Shown here piece after piece: positions 1-20,586 of a DNA stretch of 64,000 nucleotides (its first letter is position 1; every line of letters begins with the position of its first letter). Both the position numbers and the translations under genes were made by a program. Location of the stretch: the NCBI RefSeq assembly GCF_009914755.1, contig NC_060927.1; one strand, given 5' to 3'. Origin of the DNA: the human T2T-CHM13v2.0 reference genome, Homo sapiens. The notes beneath the pieces are model-generated. The model had not been told where the DNA came from. It saw only the letters and a list, made by a program, of their open reading frames with translations, and did not search any database.

Positions 1-280
<280 letters not shown>

Positions 281-1431
281 GCATTCAGTTTTAAAAGGGA
301 AACAGAATAAAAATTTGGAAAATTTGCAGCCTGACAATGCAATAGAAAAGAAAATCCCATTTTCTGAGGAGAAATTCAAGCCAGCTGCAGAAACTTGCAT
401 AAGTTAAGAAGAAGCCAAATGTTAATCCACAAGACAATGGGGAAAATGTCTCCAGGGCATGTCAGAAGTCTTCATGGCAACCCTTCCCATCACAGGTCCT
501 AAGGCCTAGGAGGAAAAAATGGTTTAGTGGGTCAGGCCCAGGGTCCCCCTGCTGTGTGCAGCCTAGGGACTTGGTGCCGTGTCACAGCCAATCCAGCCAT
601 GGCTAAAAGGGGCCAACATAGAGCTTGGGCTGTGGCTTCAGAGAGTGCAAGCCCAAAGCCTTGGCAGCTTCCACATAGTGTTGAGCCTGTGAGTGCACAG
701 AAGTCAAGAACTGGGGTTTGGGAAACTCTGCCTAGATTTCAGAAGATGTATGGACACACCTGGATGTCCAGGCAGAAGTTTGCTGCAGGGGTGGGGCCCT
801 CATGGAGAACCTCTGCTAGGGCAGTGTGGAAGGGAAATGTGGGGTAGGAGTCTCCACACAGAGTCCCTACAGGGGCACCTTCAGGTGGAGCTGTGAGAAG
901 AGGGCCACCATCCTCCAGACCCCAAAATGGTAGCTTCACTGATAGCTTGCATCATTCACCTGGAAAAGCCACAGATACTCAACACCAGCCTGTGAAAGCA
1001 GCTGGGAGGCTGCACCCTGCAAAGCACACAGGGGCAGAGCTGCCCAAGACCATGGGAACCCACCTCTTGCACCAGTGTGACCTGGATGTGAGACAGAGAG
1101 TCAAAACAGATCACTCTGGAGTTTTAAGATTTGACTGCCCTGCTGGATTTTGGACTTGTATGGGGACTGTAGCCCCTTTGTTTTGGCCAATTTTTCCCAT
1201 TTTGAACAGCTGTATTTACCCAATGCCTGTACCCCCATTGTATCTAGGAAGTAACTAACTTGCTTTTGATTTTACAGGCTTATAGAGGAAGGGACTTGCC
1301 TTGTCTCAGGTGAGACTTTGGACTGTGGATTTTTGAGTTAATGCTGAAATAAGACTTTGGGGGACTGTTGGGAAAGCATGATTGGGTTTGAAATGTGAGG
1401 ACATGAGATTTGGGAGGGGCTGAGGGTGAAA
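281..1431 (+). mobile_element. THE1 (ERVL-MaLR) internal sequence
   Basis: Matches recalled THE1-int; ends in the purine tract GGGAGGGGCTGAGGGTGAA before the LTR. Confidence 0.85.
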
Positions 1432-1790
1432 TGATATGGTTTGGCTGTGTCTTTACCCAAATTTCATCTTGAATTCCCACATGTTGTAGGAGGGACCCAG
1501 TGGGAGGTAATTAAATCATGGGGACAGGTCTTTCCCATGCTGTTTTCATGATAGTGAATTAAGTCTCACAAGATCTGATGGTTCTATAAGGGGGAGTTTC
1601 CCTGCACAAGCTCTCTCTCGGGTTGCCTGCCGCCATCCATGTAAGACATGACTTGCTCCTCCTTGCCTTGCACCATGATTGTAAGGCCTCCCTAACCACG
1701 TGGATCTGTAAGTCCATTAAACTTTTTTCCTGTATAAATTATCCAGACTCAGGTATGTCTTTATCAGCAGCATGAAAACAGACTAATACA
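1432..1790 (+). mobile_element. THE1 3' LTR (THE1B/C-like)
   Basis: TGATATGGTTTGGCTGTGTC...CAGACTAATACA, 359 bp, with internal TATAA and ATTAAA. Confidence 0.92.
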
Positions 1791-2116
1791 AAGTGTCAAG
1801 GTACCTCACTTTCAAATAGTTCAGCAAACAAGACACACACACATACATACATACAAAACATATGTGCTGTGCATTACTGTTTTTCACTAATTCTTTCCTT
1901 GTAAATAGGAAAATTGTGGTCAAGGGAGAGCTGGTCATAGGCTGATGGCACCAGAACTACACGATTCTGCCAGAATGTGACTGATTAATCCTGAAAAGTA
2001 TTTCTGCCCTTGGCAAGGAGTGGTTGGGTGGCCCTGTATCAGCCTCAAGTTTGTGTATCCAGGACCACAAACTGATTGTAATTTGGAGAGGGTACATGAA
2101 ATGTGAAATAATTTGG

Positions 2117-2680
<564 letters not shown>

Positions 2681-2773
2681 AATGTGAAATGAGCATGTTT
2701 AGGTGTCTGTGAGTTCAGCATTGGTTAGGAGAATGTGTAGCCCTGATAGCTGGCGTTAAAAATAATCTGAAGA

Positions 2774-3095
<322 letters not shown>

Positions 3096-3349
3096 AACTT
3101 GAAGAACAAGCAAAGGGTTGGGTCTAGTTGTCAGGCAATCCTGCCACCAGTTCCCTTCAGGCTTTTTTTTCTAACCACATTTTAACTTTCTGGATCTCCT
3201 TTGATTCATTTAATATCTTATGAGTACTGTTTGTGTTGGCTGGGAAGCCTAGGACAGGCCACACGATATGCTCTGAAGTGAAAGAGGGTAGTCTTTGCCT
3301 TCAAGCATCTTACACTCTAATAAAAATAGAAAAGCACGTAGTTATGCCT

Positions 3350-3575
3350 CGGTACTCATGGGTTCCACAGTCTGTGGAGTCAATCAACCGTGGCTCAAAT
3401 GTCTTCGGGGAAGAAAAAACAAAAGAACACAACTATACAACTATACAATGATAAAAAATAATACAAATAAAAAATACAGAATACTATTTATATAGCATTT
3501 CCATTGTATTAAGGATTATAAGTAATCGAGATGATTTAACGTTTATAGGAGGACGTACATAGGTTATTTGCAAAA
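3350..3575. mobile_element. MER2/Tigger-type MITE fragment
   Basis: GGGTTCCACA...TCAACCGTGG...ATAGCATTT...GTAATCGAGATGATTTAA...ATAGGTTAT resembles the MER2 consensus. Confidence 0.65.
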
Positions 3576-3639
3576 TATTATTTTAACATAATTCTTTAAG
3601 ATTCATAAATTAATCGGATCTGCAAAGATCCTTCTGCCA

Positions 3640-3782
3640 AATGTTTATAAATTTACTTATAATTAAATATAAATATTAATAATTAATATTATCAATATTA
3701 TTTAAGTTACATAGCAATCTCATAATATTCACAATATTTTAAATTAAATAATTAAAATTTATATTTAATGGTAATAAGTAAT
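3640..3782. repeat. AT-rich low-complexity tract within an old MLT-type fragment
   Basis: Nearly pure A/T, flanked by MLT1-like TCTGCAAAGATCCTT and ACAGGTTCCAG...CTACA. Confidence 0.6.
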
Positions 3783-3899
3783 ACAGGTTCCAGTGATTGG
3801 AACCTGTTATCTTTGGAGGATGTTTTTCAGCCTTCTACAGGTGGGGGACATTGAAAGCTTGCTTCCGAGGGGTGACCACTGAAGTTCCTATTTGTCACC

Positions 3900-4133
3900 T
3901 TGAGTGGCCATTTGACTATTAGAACTAAGTTATATTCAAAATGATGTCCTGGTTCTCTGTAAACTTAGGCTGGGGTGCTTCTTTTGCTTACCCTGCCAGC
4001 GTAGCCGCCTCAGCAGTATGCACCTGACTGTTCTTGGACTTCTCAGCTATGTGAGCCAATACATTCCTTTTTATTCTGTTAAGCCAATTTGAATTTGGTT
4101 TCTGTCACCTGCAACAGGAGTCCTGACTAAAAC
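3900..4133 (+). mobile_element. Old MLT1 LTR 3' fragment
   Basis: GTGAGCCAATACATTCC...TTAAGCCAATTTGAATTTGGTTTCTGTCACCTGCAAC...CTGACTAA. Confidence 0.65.
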
Positions 4134-4211
4134 TGAATTTATGAAAAAGAGATCTCCACAAACAAGAATAATGGTAACCAATCAGATGATCTCTTCAAAG
4201 CTTTGAATATA

Positions 4212-4340
4212 GGCCAGGTACGGTGGCTCACACCTGTACTCCCAGCACTTTGGGAGGCTAAGACAGGAGGATTGCTTGAGGCCAGGAGTTTGAGACCAGT
4301 TTGGCCAACATAGCAAGGCTCCTCTCTATAAAAAAATTAA
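4212..4340 (+). mobile_element. FLAM / Alu left monomer
   Basis: Single monomer plus A tail. Confidence 0.8.
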
Positions 4341-4729
4341 ATTAAAATTTAAAAAACTCTAAATATAAGAGTAGGCAGTATGAGTGAAAGCTGAAAGAAC
4401 ATGCAGAGAAGACAGCAATCCAGGCCTCAATGAAAAGGAACATAACTCTTGACACCCTATCTAGGCCTCTATTCTCTTTTCTATCTTCTGCTTCGTCAGA
4501 ATTTCTGCTTATTAATAACTGCAACTTATTCTGACTCCACCAGCATCATGGCCTGGATTGCTGCATAATACCCTAAACTGATTTGACCCTGGAACCCTTT
4601 TTGTTTTTTAGAAACACAGCAAAAGGTAATTGTCAGCAAAGCAATTTGGGCTTTACACAGAACAAGCAAGAACAGGTTTCCTCTTCCAACTTGGTAATGC
4701 TCCTCATGACATCCTGGGATCAGAAATAA

Positions 4730-5033
<304 letters not shown>

Positions 5034-5459
5034 CAGAAATAACTAATATGGTGACCAATTTGGACCAGGATGTGGGCTTCCCTACGGTAGGCAGCTTAAC
5101 AAGGTCCTTTCCAGACAAGTCGTTGTGCCTGCAATTTTCCTGGATCTTTAAGTTACTTAACATTTCTAAGTCTTAATTCCTGTGGCACTAAAATGGGGGA
5201 AATCACTTCAATGATTCGGAACAAGAAATCAAATATACGTAAAATGGCTGGTACATGGTACACAATGAATATTCATTCTCTTCCTCCAAACTTTAACATA
5301 TCACTTACTATATAAATATCCAATTGTCTTTTGTTCAAATATCTTAAAATTTGTACAGCAGAAGAGTATGATTTTACATATAACAAACAGCTTAAATAAA
5401 GAACCAGGAGCTTTTTTTTTTAATCTGAAAAACAGTTTTGCCACAATTCTTCAAATGTT

Positions 5460-5465
5460 TTTATT
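5460..5465 (-). terminator. Candidate WDR53 poly(A) signal AATAAA
   Basis: TTTATT on the + strand, 4 nt beyond the stop codon. Confidence 0.45.
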
Positions 5466-5469
5466 GGAT

Positions 5470-6120
<651 letters not shown>

Positions 6121-7322
6121 CTATCATGCTTATTCAGCTTCTAATAAAATCGTTAAAGTAGTCTGAGAATGAGCAGTAGTGCACGTTCTCAGCAGTATTA
6201 AAAAATAATCAAATGCTGCCATAACATGCCAGTGGAATGCTACCCCGGGACTAAAACTAGAGTGCGGTTAGGTAGAATTAAGGTAGAATTAAACAAGATC
6301 CTGAATAATTTTTGATTAATAAACTCCATTAAAGTGTAATTGTTAAGCAGCTGCCAGTTTCTAAAGGTTTTTCTGCTCTCATCTCTTCAAGTAAAACCAA
6401 AGATTATCAAATTTGCTAGTTTTAGTCTATGCTGGTTATAGGTCAAAAGGCCTATCAACTAAATAAACTCGATCTGGACTATCACTGAAATGCTTTCCAT
6501 CTGGAATGCCTTCCTTTCCTTTCACATTACCCAATTACCCATCCAAGGGGCTTAAGCTCAGTCCTGGTGCCTCCAAGAAGGCTTTCCTATTTCAGCCCGC
6601 TTCTCCTTCCTGTATCTAGTTTCTATTCTATTAATTGACATATTCTACTAGCTTATCAGTTTCTTGAGACTTACTTAGTCTTTGCTAATGCCTAGCATAA
6701 TGGCTGAGAAAGAGGAGAAATTCCAAACATGTCTGTTGATTAATATGACATCCTGGTATTAATTTCATTTGGCTTTTCGTTGTTCCCGACCTGGTGCTTT
6801 TTGTTTTTTTTAAATAAGCTTTGTGAATGGGTTTTACATTATCATCTAGTGATTCATTCTTTTCCTGTATCAACCATTTTGCAAAGAAAAATACTCTTAA
6901 TACTTTCAAAGCAAACAGACAGCTTTATCATGTAGTTTACCATCATCCCTGAATTATAACTCACAATTTTAACAGACACTGGAAGAAGCATGAGCTTGTT
7001 TAGACAGTGAAAAGCATAGATCTGAATTGGCAAGATTACTATTGCTAATGCTATTAAGAATTTGGTTTCCTATTCAAGGTAACTTCCCTTATGATTATTC
7101 TCAGTGGCCTATTTTCAAAAGCAGTGACATCTAGTAACACTTACATTCTGCTTCTCTTAGATGAAAATCTCTTTGAATTGGATTTATAACATTATACTAT
7201 GTGACTAACAATCACTGTTTGGGTGAAGTTAAAGTACGAACAAATTGAAATAAGCTAAAGTAAAATAAATAAATATTAGAAAATATAACACGAAGGAGTG
7301 CTGAAACTTGATATGAAAATAG

Positions 7323-7979
<657 letters not shown>

Positions 7980-8534
7980 CTAGAATCTGCTAGCTTCACT
8001 GTATTGGCAGATAGACCCAGTTCTTTCTCATACAGCCCTTATGAATGGACTGTATTTTCTGTCCTCCAAAGACATTCAAACATGCACTGCACCCAGAGTG
8101 TTTCAGCAGCTGAAACACCTTTTGTATTTGACTTAAATCATCTAAATGTGTTAACAGCCATCCCAGATTCTACCAAGTCTAGAATCATTTCCACGTATTG
8201 AGGATTCCAGACTGTTCCTGTCTGGACATTCCCTTTATGCTTCTTGACTTTTCTAAAATGCTAAAGACTCCAAGGTGTTTCACACTTAATTTCTCAACCA
8301 GCTGTTCAAGCAGTTCTCATCCTAATCAAGAGAGCTAGAGATACTGAAAGAAAAGAATAAAGAGTTTGGGGCTTATGGTTCTGCAAAACATCGAAGGGAG
8401 AAAAAGTGGGGAACCAGCAAATGTTCAGAAGTGAATGTAATCATAACAAAGTGACCTTTCAAAACAAATTCCCCTTTTACAAAAACATTTCTTTCCACAT
8501 AAAAGACTCGTCTTCAAGATAAAGAGCCTCTTCA

Positions 8535-9795
<1,261 letters not shown>

Positions 9796-10629
9796 CTGCC
9801 TAATTATTTAAACCTAAGTCAAAAGACATAACTTTATAATTACTGTTACATAAGAAAAAAGATAGGTATGCTGAACATGGCAATCATTCAATTCCTGCCT
9901 TGAGATAAAATTTGTTTGCTCAGAGAGAAGTAACTCAAAATAGTCAGAACTCCCTTCCACTATTACTGTGCCTACATTCTTGGGCTCCCCCATAGACTGG
10001 CTATCCTTAAAGTTTAGGATAATACTGGATCAACAGGTTTTAGGAAGACAACTGTGGAAATAATTATAGAGTTTCAACTTCAGTTAAGGAAGTCATTTCT
10101 TAAAAGCATGGTTGTATGGCTGTTACATCACAACCCAGTGTAGAAACAAATCTACCATGAACCTTTAGCAATTTTACCAGGCAAATCAAAATAAGAAATT
10201 ACCTGAGCCTCCCTTTTTCAAAATACTTGTTTCCAGGGCTGTTCACTAGCAAGTGCCTGCCACTAAAACGTCTTACCTGGAACTGGGGGCAAGACAGTAA
10301 ATTCTGAATGCCCATTCCTCATCTAATCTGAAAAGTACACATCACTTTTGCGTACCCAATTGTCTATTGCCATGCCTAGTGGTTAATGAACCACTGATGG
10401 AAAAGTGGTACAGCTGAAGGATGACAGAATGACTACTCAAAGACACACTGTACAATCTGCCTACTTAAAACATATCCATCTGGTTGTATAGGTCTTTCTT
10501 TACAACCACAAGGGCAGATTATCACCACTAGGGTGGAGAATGTAGGAGATTTATAAAGGGCTTGGTCAAAACCTAGGAGTGGAAAAGGAAGATAGAGGTT
10601 GTAGGGTCACTATGCCCCATACATGTAGA

Positions 10630-10800
10630 GTGAGTCTCAACCCAGGCACTACAGATGTTTTTGGGGAGACAATTCTTTATTGTTTGGAGACTATCCCAGC
10701 ACTGCAGGACACCCACTGATTCTGCCTACTGAATACTGGTAGCTTGCAGGAGAGGGGAACAGCATGGTGACAACAAAAACAGTCTCATCATTCTTCAGTT
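10630..10800 (+). mobile_element. MER20-like hAT fragment
   Basis: TCTCAACCCAGGCACTA...ACAATTCTTTATTGT...GCACTGCAGGA...GTGACAACAAAAA. Confidence 0.65.
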
Positions 10801-11064
10801 ATGAGGGGTATGCAGGGTTGGGGAGGGAAAGGTAAAGACCACTAGCCAAGAGGGTGGAAGTCATAACTGATGCTATTAAAAAGAACATGGAATCTTAGAA
10901 GATACTGTATGTAACTGAGAACAGAGATTAAATGCCTGAACAGTGCTGGACACATCGGTCATTCACAATGGTTCTCTCTCTAGAAGCCACCTGACCCCAA
11001 ACCAAGAAACTTTTCTGTGACATTATTGATGATACTCTGCTTGAATACCTGTCATCTTAGAGAA

Positions 11065-11240
11065 AAAACATAGCCTTTGGAGCCAGAGAGATTGAGGTTT
11101 GAATCTCAGTCAGGTGGCAATGTAGATACTTCATGTGAATTTCAGTTTCTTTATTTATTAAAAAAAATAACTAGGAGGGTGTGATTAGAATTAAAACTAA
11201 TATACACAAAGCATTGGCAAGAACTAAGTGCTCAACAGAC
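11065..11240 (+). mobile_element. MIR
   Basis: CTTTGGAGCCAGA...GGTTTGAATCTCAG...TCAGTTTCTT...AAGTGCTCAA core. Confidence 0.65.
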
Positions 11241-11509
11241 AGAAATCATGACGACTCACTCCAGTGATGAGATTTACTCTCTCAAGAGGAAGCACATCCT
11301 GCCATGGGAACGTTCAAGCTATTTGAAAACGTTTACATTAAGCCCAAATCTGCTTTCCCATGACTTCTCTTATGAAGACCAGCACATTCCATTTTTTCCC
11401 CTCATGAAAACTAAGAATTAAACACCTCCAGTTCTCTACATAATGGGTTTCTAGATACATCTACTCTCCTGATGGACTTCCTCTGTATTTGGGCAATTTG
11501 TGATGCTCC

Positions 11510-11809
11510 TTTCTTTTTTCTTTTTTTTTTTTTGAGACAGAGTCTCACTCTGTTGCCTAGGCAGGAGTGCAGTGGCATGATCTCGGCTCACTGCAACCTC
11601 CACCTCCTGGGTCAAGCGATTCTGCTGCCTCAGCCTCCCAAGTAGCTGGGATTGCAGGAGCCCACCACCACGCCTGGCTAATTTTTGTATTTCTAGTAGA
11701 GACAGGGTTTCACCACGTTGGCCAGGCTGGTCTTGATGACCTCAAGTGATCTGCCCACCTCGGCCTTCCAAAGTGCTGGGATTACAGGCGTGAGCCACCG
11801 TGCCCAGCC
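11510..11809 (-). mobile_element. AluS with TSD GTGATGCTCCTTTC
   Basis: Alu consensus with TSD on both flanks. Confidence 0.9.
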
Positions 11810-12220
11810 GTGATGCTCCTTTCAAAACTCAGCATTGAATACAGTGCTCTGATCCTGATCACCAATACACACTATTTCAGTTAATGTACCCCAGAACTTT
11901 AAAGTAAAAACAGACCCCTCTAACTTTTTGTTTAAACAGAGTTTACAGAGAGTGGGTGGACCAACTCTGCCTTTAGTACTCACTGTTTGTTTAAACAGAT
12001 GTTTACAATCAAATATTTGAATTTTCAGGTTTTAGGAGTATCTTACAGTATAGAGAAAGGAAAAGTAAAGGATTAATGATTACTTTGTGAATAAATTCTA
12101 TTAGGTTTTATCAGACTAGCATTAAATGTAGAAATAAGGCTTATTGTTCATAAATGGATATGTTAGTAGAAAACAGAAAAAGCAAAGATATTTCGTGTGA
12201 TCAATAATTTGATCCTGTTA

Positions 12221-12799
<579 letters not shown>

Positions 12800-13389
12800 T
12801 TATACATCGACTTGATGGGAGGAGACAGATGTAATAAACAATATTTCATCTTTTAAAATGTTTTAAAAATACATCTTAAAAAAACTCAATTAATTAAAAA
12901 AAAAAAAGACACTTAAAGATCACATCTCCAAAAGCCTAGCTGAACACAGGGTTGTATCCTGGCTGGCAAATACTTCAGTGGGCTTCCTTTGCCATCAGGG
13001 ATCTAGGTAAGGCCAGTCCTCCAGTCTTTCATATGGAACCCACAGAAGAATAAACACTACATATTTTAAATTAAGAAAAATTATTTTAAAGAGAGGGCTG
13101 CAAAATCATCAGGTTATGCCTCTTATCTGAATAATGTTTTAGATGGTGAGCTCTGCAGCTAGGCTCTCCAGGTTTGCAGTAGCTAGGGGACTGGGCAAAT
13201 TACTGAACCTGTCACCCACTTTTCTTCTCTATAAAATGAGGATAATAATGACACTCATTTCATAGGATCATAATATATGTAAATCACACATAATAGTGCC
13301 TGATACATAATGAATCCTCAACAAGCATTGCTATTGTTACTTTTTCGATTTTTATTAGGCCGGTGCAAAGCGGCATTACATACACTGCA

Positions 13390-14057
<668 letters not shown>

Positions 14058-14107
14058 TAATTTTCCCAAGGTCACTTGACTCTTAGGATTTGTAACAGAT
14101 CCCAAAT

Positions 14108-17988
<3,881 letters not shown>

Positions 17989-18337
17989 CGAGAGCATTTT
18001 TTAAAAGGGTGAAGTGCCACAGCCGGCAGTTCTCATCAGCCAGAGCGCAGAATGAGAGTACTGAACATGGGGAAGGGGCTTGGTGGGGTGGGTGATGAGC
18101 AGGTGAAAGATTTGTAAAAAAGAAAAGGAGGGGTTGAGAAGGGTAATCTTACTTTGAAATTCTACCTGGGGCGCTCAGGAGACGGTCTGCCGTTGAAAGT
18201 CACCTCAGCGGCTGGACTAGATTAGTAAGAATGACAACATCGCATCCTTCAAAGGCTCTGCCTCGGCTGCACTGAGACACGATAAAGGCCAGTCTTTAAA
18301 AACTGAGTGATCTCTAAACACTCTGCACTAGTCATAC

Positions 18338-18583
18338 CACCACCGTCCCGTTCAAGAGTCTGTGCCTCTAAGGCTGTTCATTCTGTCTAGTTCATGATCC
18401 CTTTCTCAGATGGATCAACTCTGCTTATCCTTGAAGACTTCAAAGAAATTAGTGAGAGACAGTCACCATCACCAGAGTCAGCACAGGTCAACTTTTCTCT
18501 ACAGGCTTGGGGTTTCTGAAGTTGGACTTGATGTGGAGAAGCTGGATAGCAACCAAAATGATTGAAGGGCTGTGGCGCTGGCA
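18338..18583 (-). other. WDR53: Inferred WDR53 non-coding 5' UTR exon 2 (246 nt)
   Basis: Minus-strand CCCTAAT branch-like motif + CTTTTCATTCTTACCAG| acceptor at 18584/18583; donor GTG|GTATGA at 18338/18337. Confidence 0.65.
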
Positions 18584-19026
18584 CTGGTAAGAATGAAAAG
18601 AATTAGGGTTACTGGACTTGGTGAAAAAGACATGAGGAGAAGGGACAGGCAAATAATAATCAAACACCATGAATCAGAGGGTAGGGAAGGTAGCCACCGT
18701 TCCTTTGCTTTTACTAGAGACTAAGAAATGGATTATACATAGCAAGAAGCTTCAGAAAAGATTTCTTACTACATAAAGGTTCCAAGACATTGGAGTTGAC
18801 CAAGGGAGTCTGTGAACCCTATTATTTTAATTACTCAGCTCATGGAGTTGTTTTGAGGATTACGTATATAAAAATCTGCGTAAATGACGTAGTATACAGT
18901 GCCTGGTTCACACCGTGGCTCAAATGATGGTTATTATTATTCTCTTACTAAGCATGCTTTAAAGGCTGTCGGAAAACTTTGGGGCCACCTAGGAAATCGT
19001 AGTATAATCAAATAATGCTGAAATTC

Positions 19027-19027
<1 letters not shown>

Positions 19028-19071
<44 letters not shown>
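19028..19071. repeat. (TG)22 microsatellite
   Basis: Perfect dinucleotide run replacing an Alu tail. Confidence 0.95.
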
Positions 19072-19075
<4 letters not shown>

Positions 19076-19252
19076 AGGGGCTCACTCTGTCGCCCAGGCT
19101 GGAGCACAGCAGGGCGATTACGGTTCACCTCAGCCTCGACCTCCCGGGCTCAGCCTCCCAAGTAGCTGGGACCAGAGGCGCACGCCACCACCCTCGGCTA
19201 ATTTTTCTATTTTTTTGTAGCGACACTGCCTCGCAATGTTGCCCAAGCTGGG
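19072..19252 (-). mobile_element. Truncated old Alu/FRAM with TSD ATGCTGAAATTCTT
   Basis: Right monomer; TSD at ~19015 and ~19253. Confidence 0.8.
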
Positions 19253-19802
19253 ATGCTGAAATTCTTCCCCTTCCAAGAATCCATCTATAATTATAGCCTC
19301 CACGTCATTCTCCCTATTGGAATGTTTAATTGACTAAAACTACATTGCCTTCATCTGCTTACTAAGCGGTGGATCCAGTAAAGACCACATCTTGTCCAAA
19401 AGACGGCAGCACTTAATTAGCGCTCAAATGGCACTCGAACGTTTGGGCGAGGGGGTGTTCAGTCGCAGCCACCTTACTTTGCGAAGGCACACAGGGACAG
19501 ACGTTCGCTAAGTGCCGATACTTAGGGAGAACGAGAGGGCCTGACCAGGTAAAGACGGCCTCCGCTGCCCAAGCTACACAAAAAGGTTGGGGAGCCAGGA
19601 CCCGGCAAGCAAGGAGAGAAAAGTTTCATGCGTTGAGCTGGAGTCTGAAGCAAGGACCTAACGGACACAGGGAAACGTCACAGGAAAGGGAGCCCAGGAG
19701 AGCAGACGCGGAGCCACCAGACCAGAAAAAGGAAAAAGCACTGGAAAACAGCATCGAAGTCACCGGAAAGCAGCATCGAAGCCACCGGCGCCAGCCTCAT
19801 AC

Positions 19803-19910
19803 CTGCGCTTCCCGCTCCCCTCCTCGGCGCCTAGTGATAACCTCACCCGCCGGCGCCCAATCCCGTCGAGCGTCAGGCGTGAGGCGGCGCAGCCAAACAG
19901 TCACATCCGG
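19803..19910 (-). other. WDR53: Inferred WDR53 first non-coding exon (TSS approximate)
   Basis: Donor CAG|GTATGA at 19803/19802 inside the CpG island, directed away from FBXO45. Confidence 0.6.
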
Positions 19911-20268
19911 GGCCGAGAGGAACCGCGAACGAGCTGGGCGTGCGCCCTTGCTTCGTGCCCTCAACCCGCATGGCGGAGCCGCTGGCGCGCCGCGGAGAGG
20001 CCGGGCGAGTCGGGCGGTTTCGGCGCCCGCGCTGAGCCGCGGAGGAGGGGCGGAGGACGCCCCTGCAGCCGGTGCGTCTGCCCTCAGTGAGGCGGGGCGC
20101 GCGGCGGACGCCCCCGGGCAGGGGCGGGAGTGGTGGAGGCGCCGGCGGTTGGCACTGACAGGGGCGGTGAGCGAGCCGCTCCGGTCTCCGGGCGAGGCTT
20201 GGCCTTCCGAGCAGAGACGGCGGGAAGCGGCGGCGGCAGCGGCGGCCCTAGGGCCGGCTGGTGAGGCG

Positions 20269-20586
20269 ATGGCGGCGCCGGCCCCGGGGGCTGGGGCAGC
20301 CTCGGGCGGCGCTGGCTGTAGCGGCGGCGGCGCGGGCGCGGGCGCGGGCTCGGGCTCTGGGGCCGCGGGGGCCGGGGGCCGGCTGCCCAGCCGGGTGCTG
20401 GAGTTGGTGTTCTCTTACCTGGAGCTGTCCGAGCTGCGGAGCTGCGCCCTGGTGTGCAAGCACTGGTACCGCTGCCTGCACGGCGATGAGAACAGCGAGG
20501 TGTGGCGGAGCCTGTGCGCCCGCAGCCTGGCAGAAGAGGCTCTGCGCACGGACATCCTGTGCAACCTGCCCAGCTACAAGGCCAAG
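20269..20586 (+). CDS. FBXO45: FBXO45 exon 1 (106 codons; Ala/Gly-rich N-terminus + F-box)
   Basis: GCGATGG Kozak context; MAAPAPGAG...[29 protein letters not shown] (F-box); donor AAG|GTGAGA. Confidence 0.96.

Noticed and set aside
527-1258. ORFs of 106 and 121 aa
   Set aside because: Decayed THE1 internal sequence.
3783-3807. 10-bp hairpin ACAGGTTCCA/TGGAACCTGT
   Set aside because: Lies in an old MLT remnant whose consensus is partly self-complementary here; probably chance.
6270-6292. Short tandem duplications (GGTAGAATTAA x2; also AGTTTCTA x3 at ~20971)
   Set aside because: Ordinary slippage products with no functional hint.
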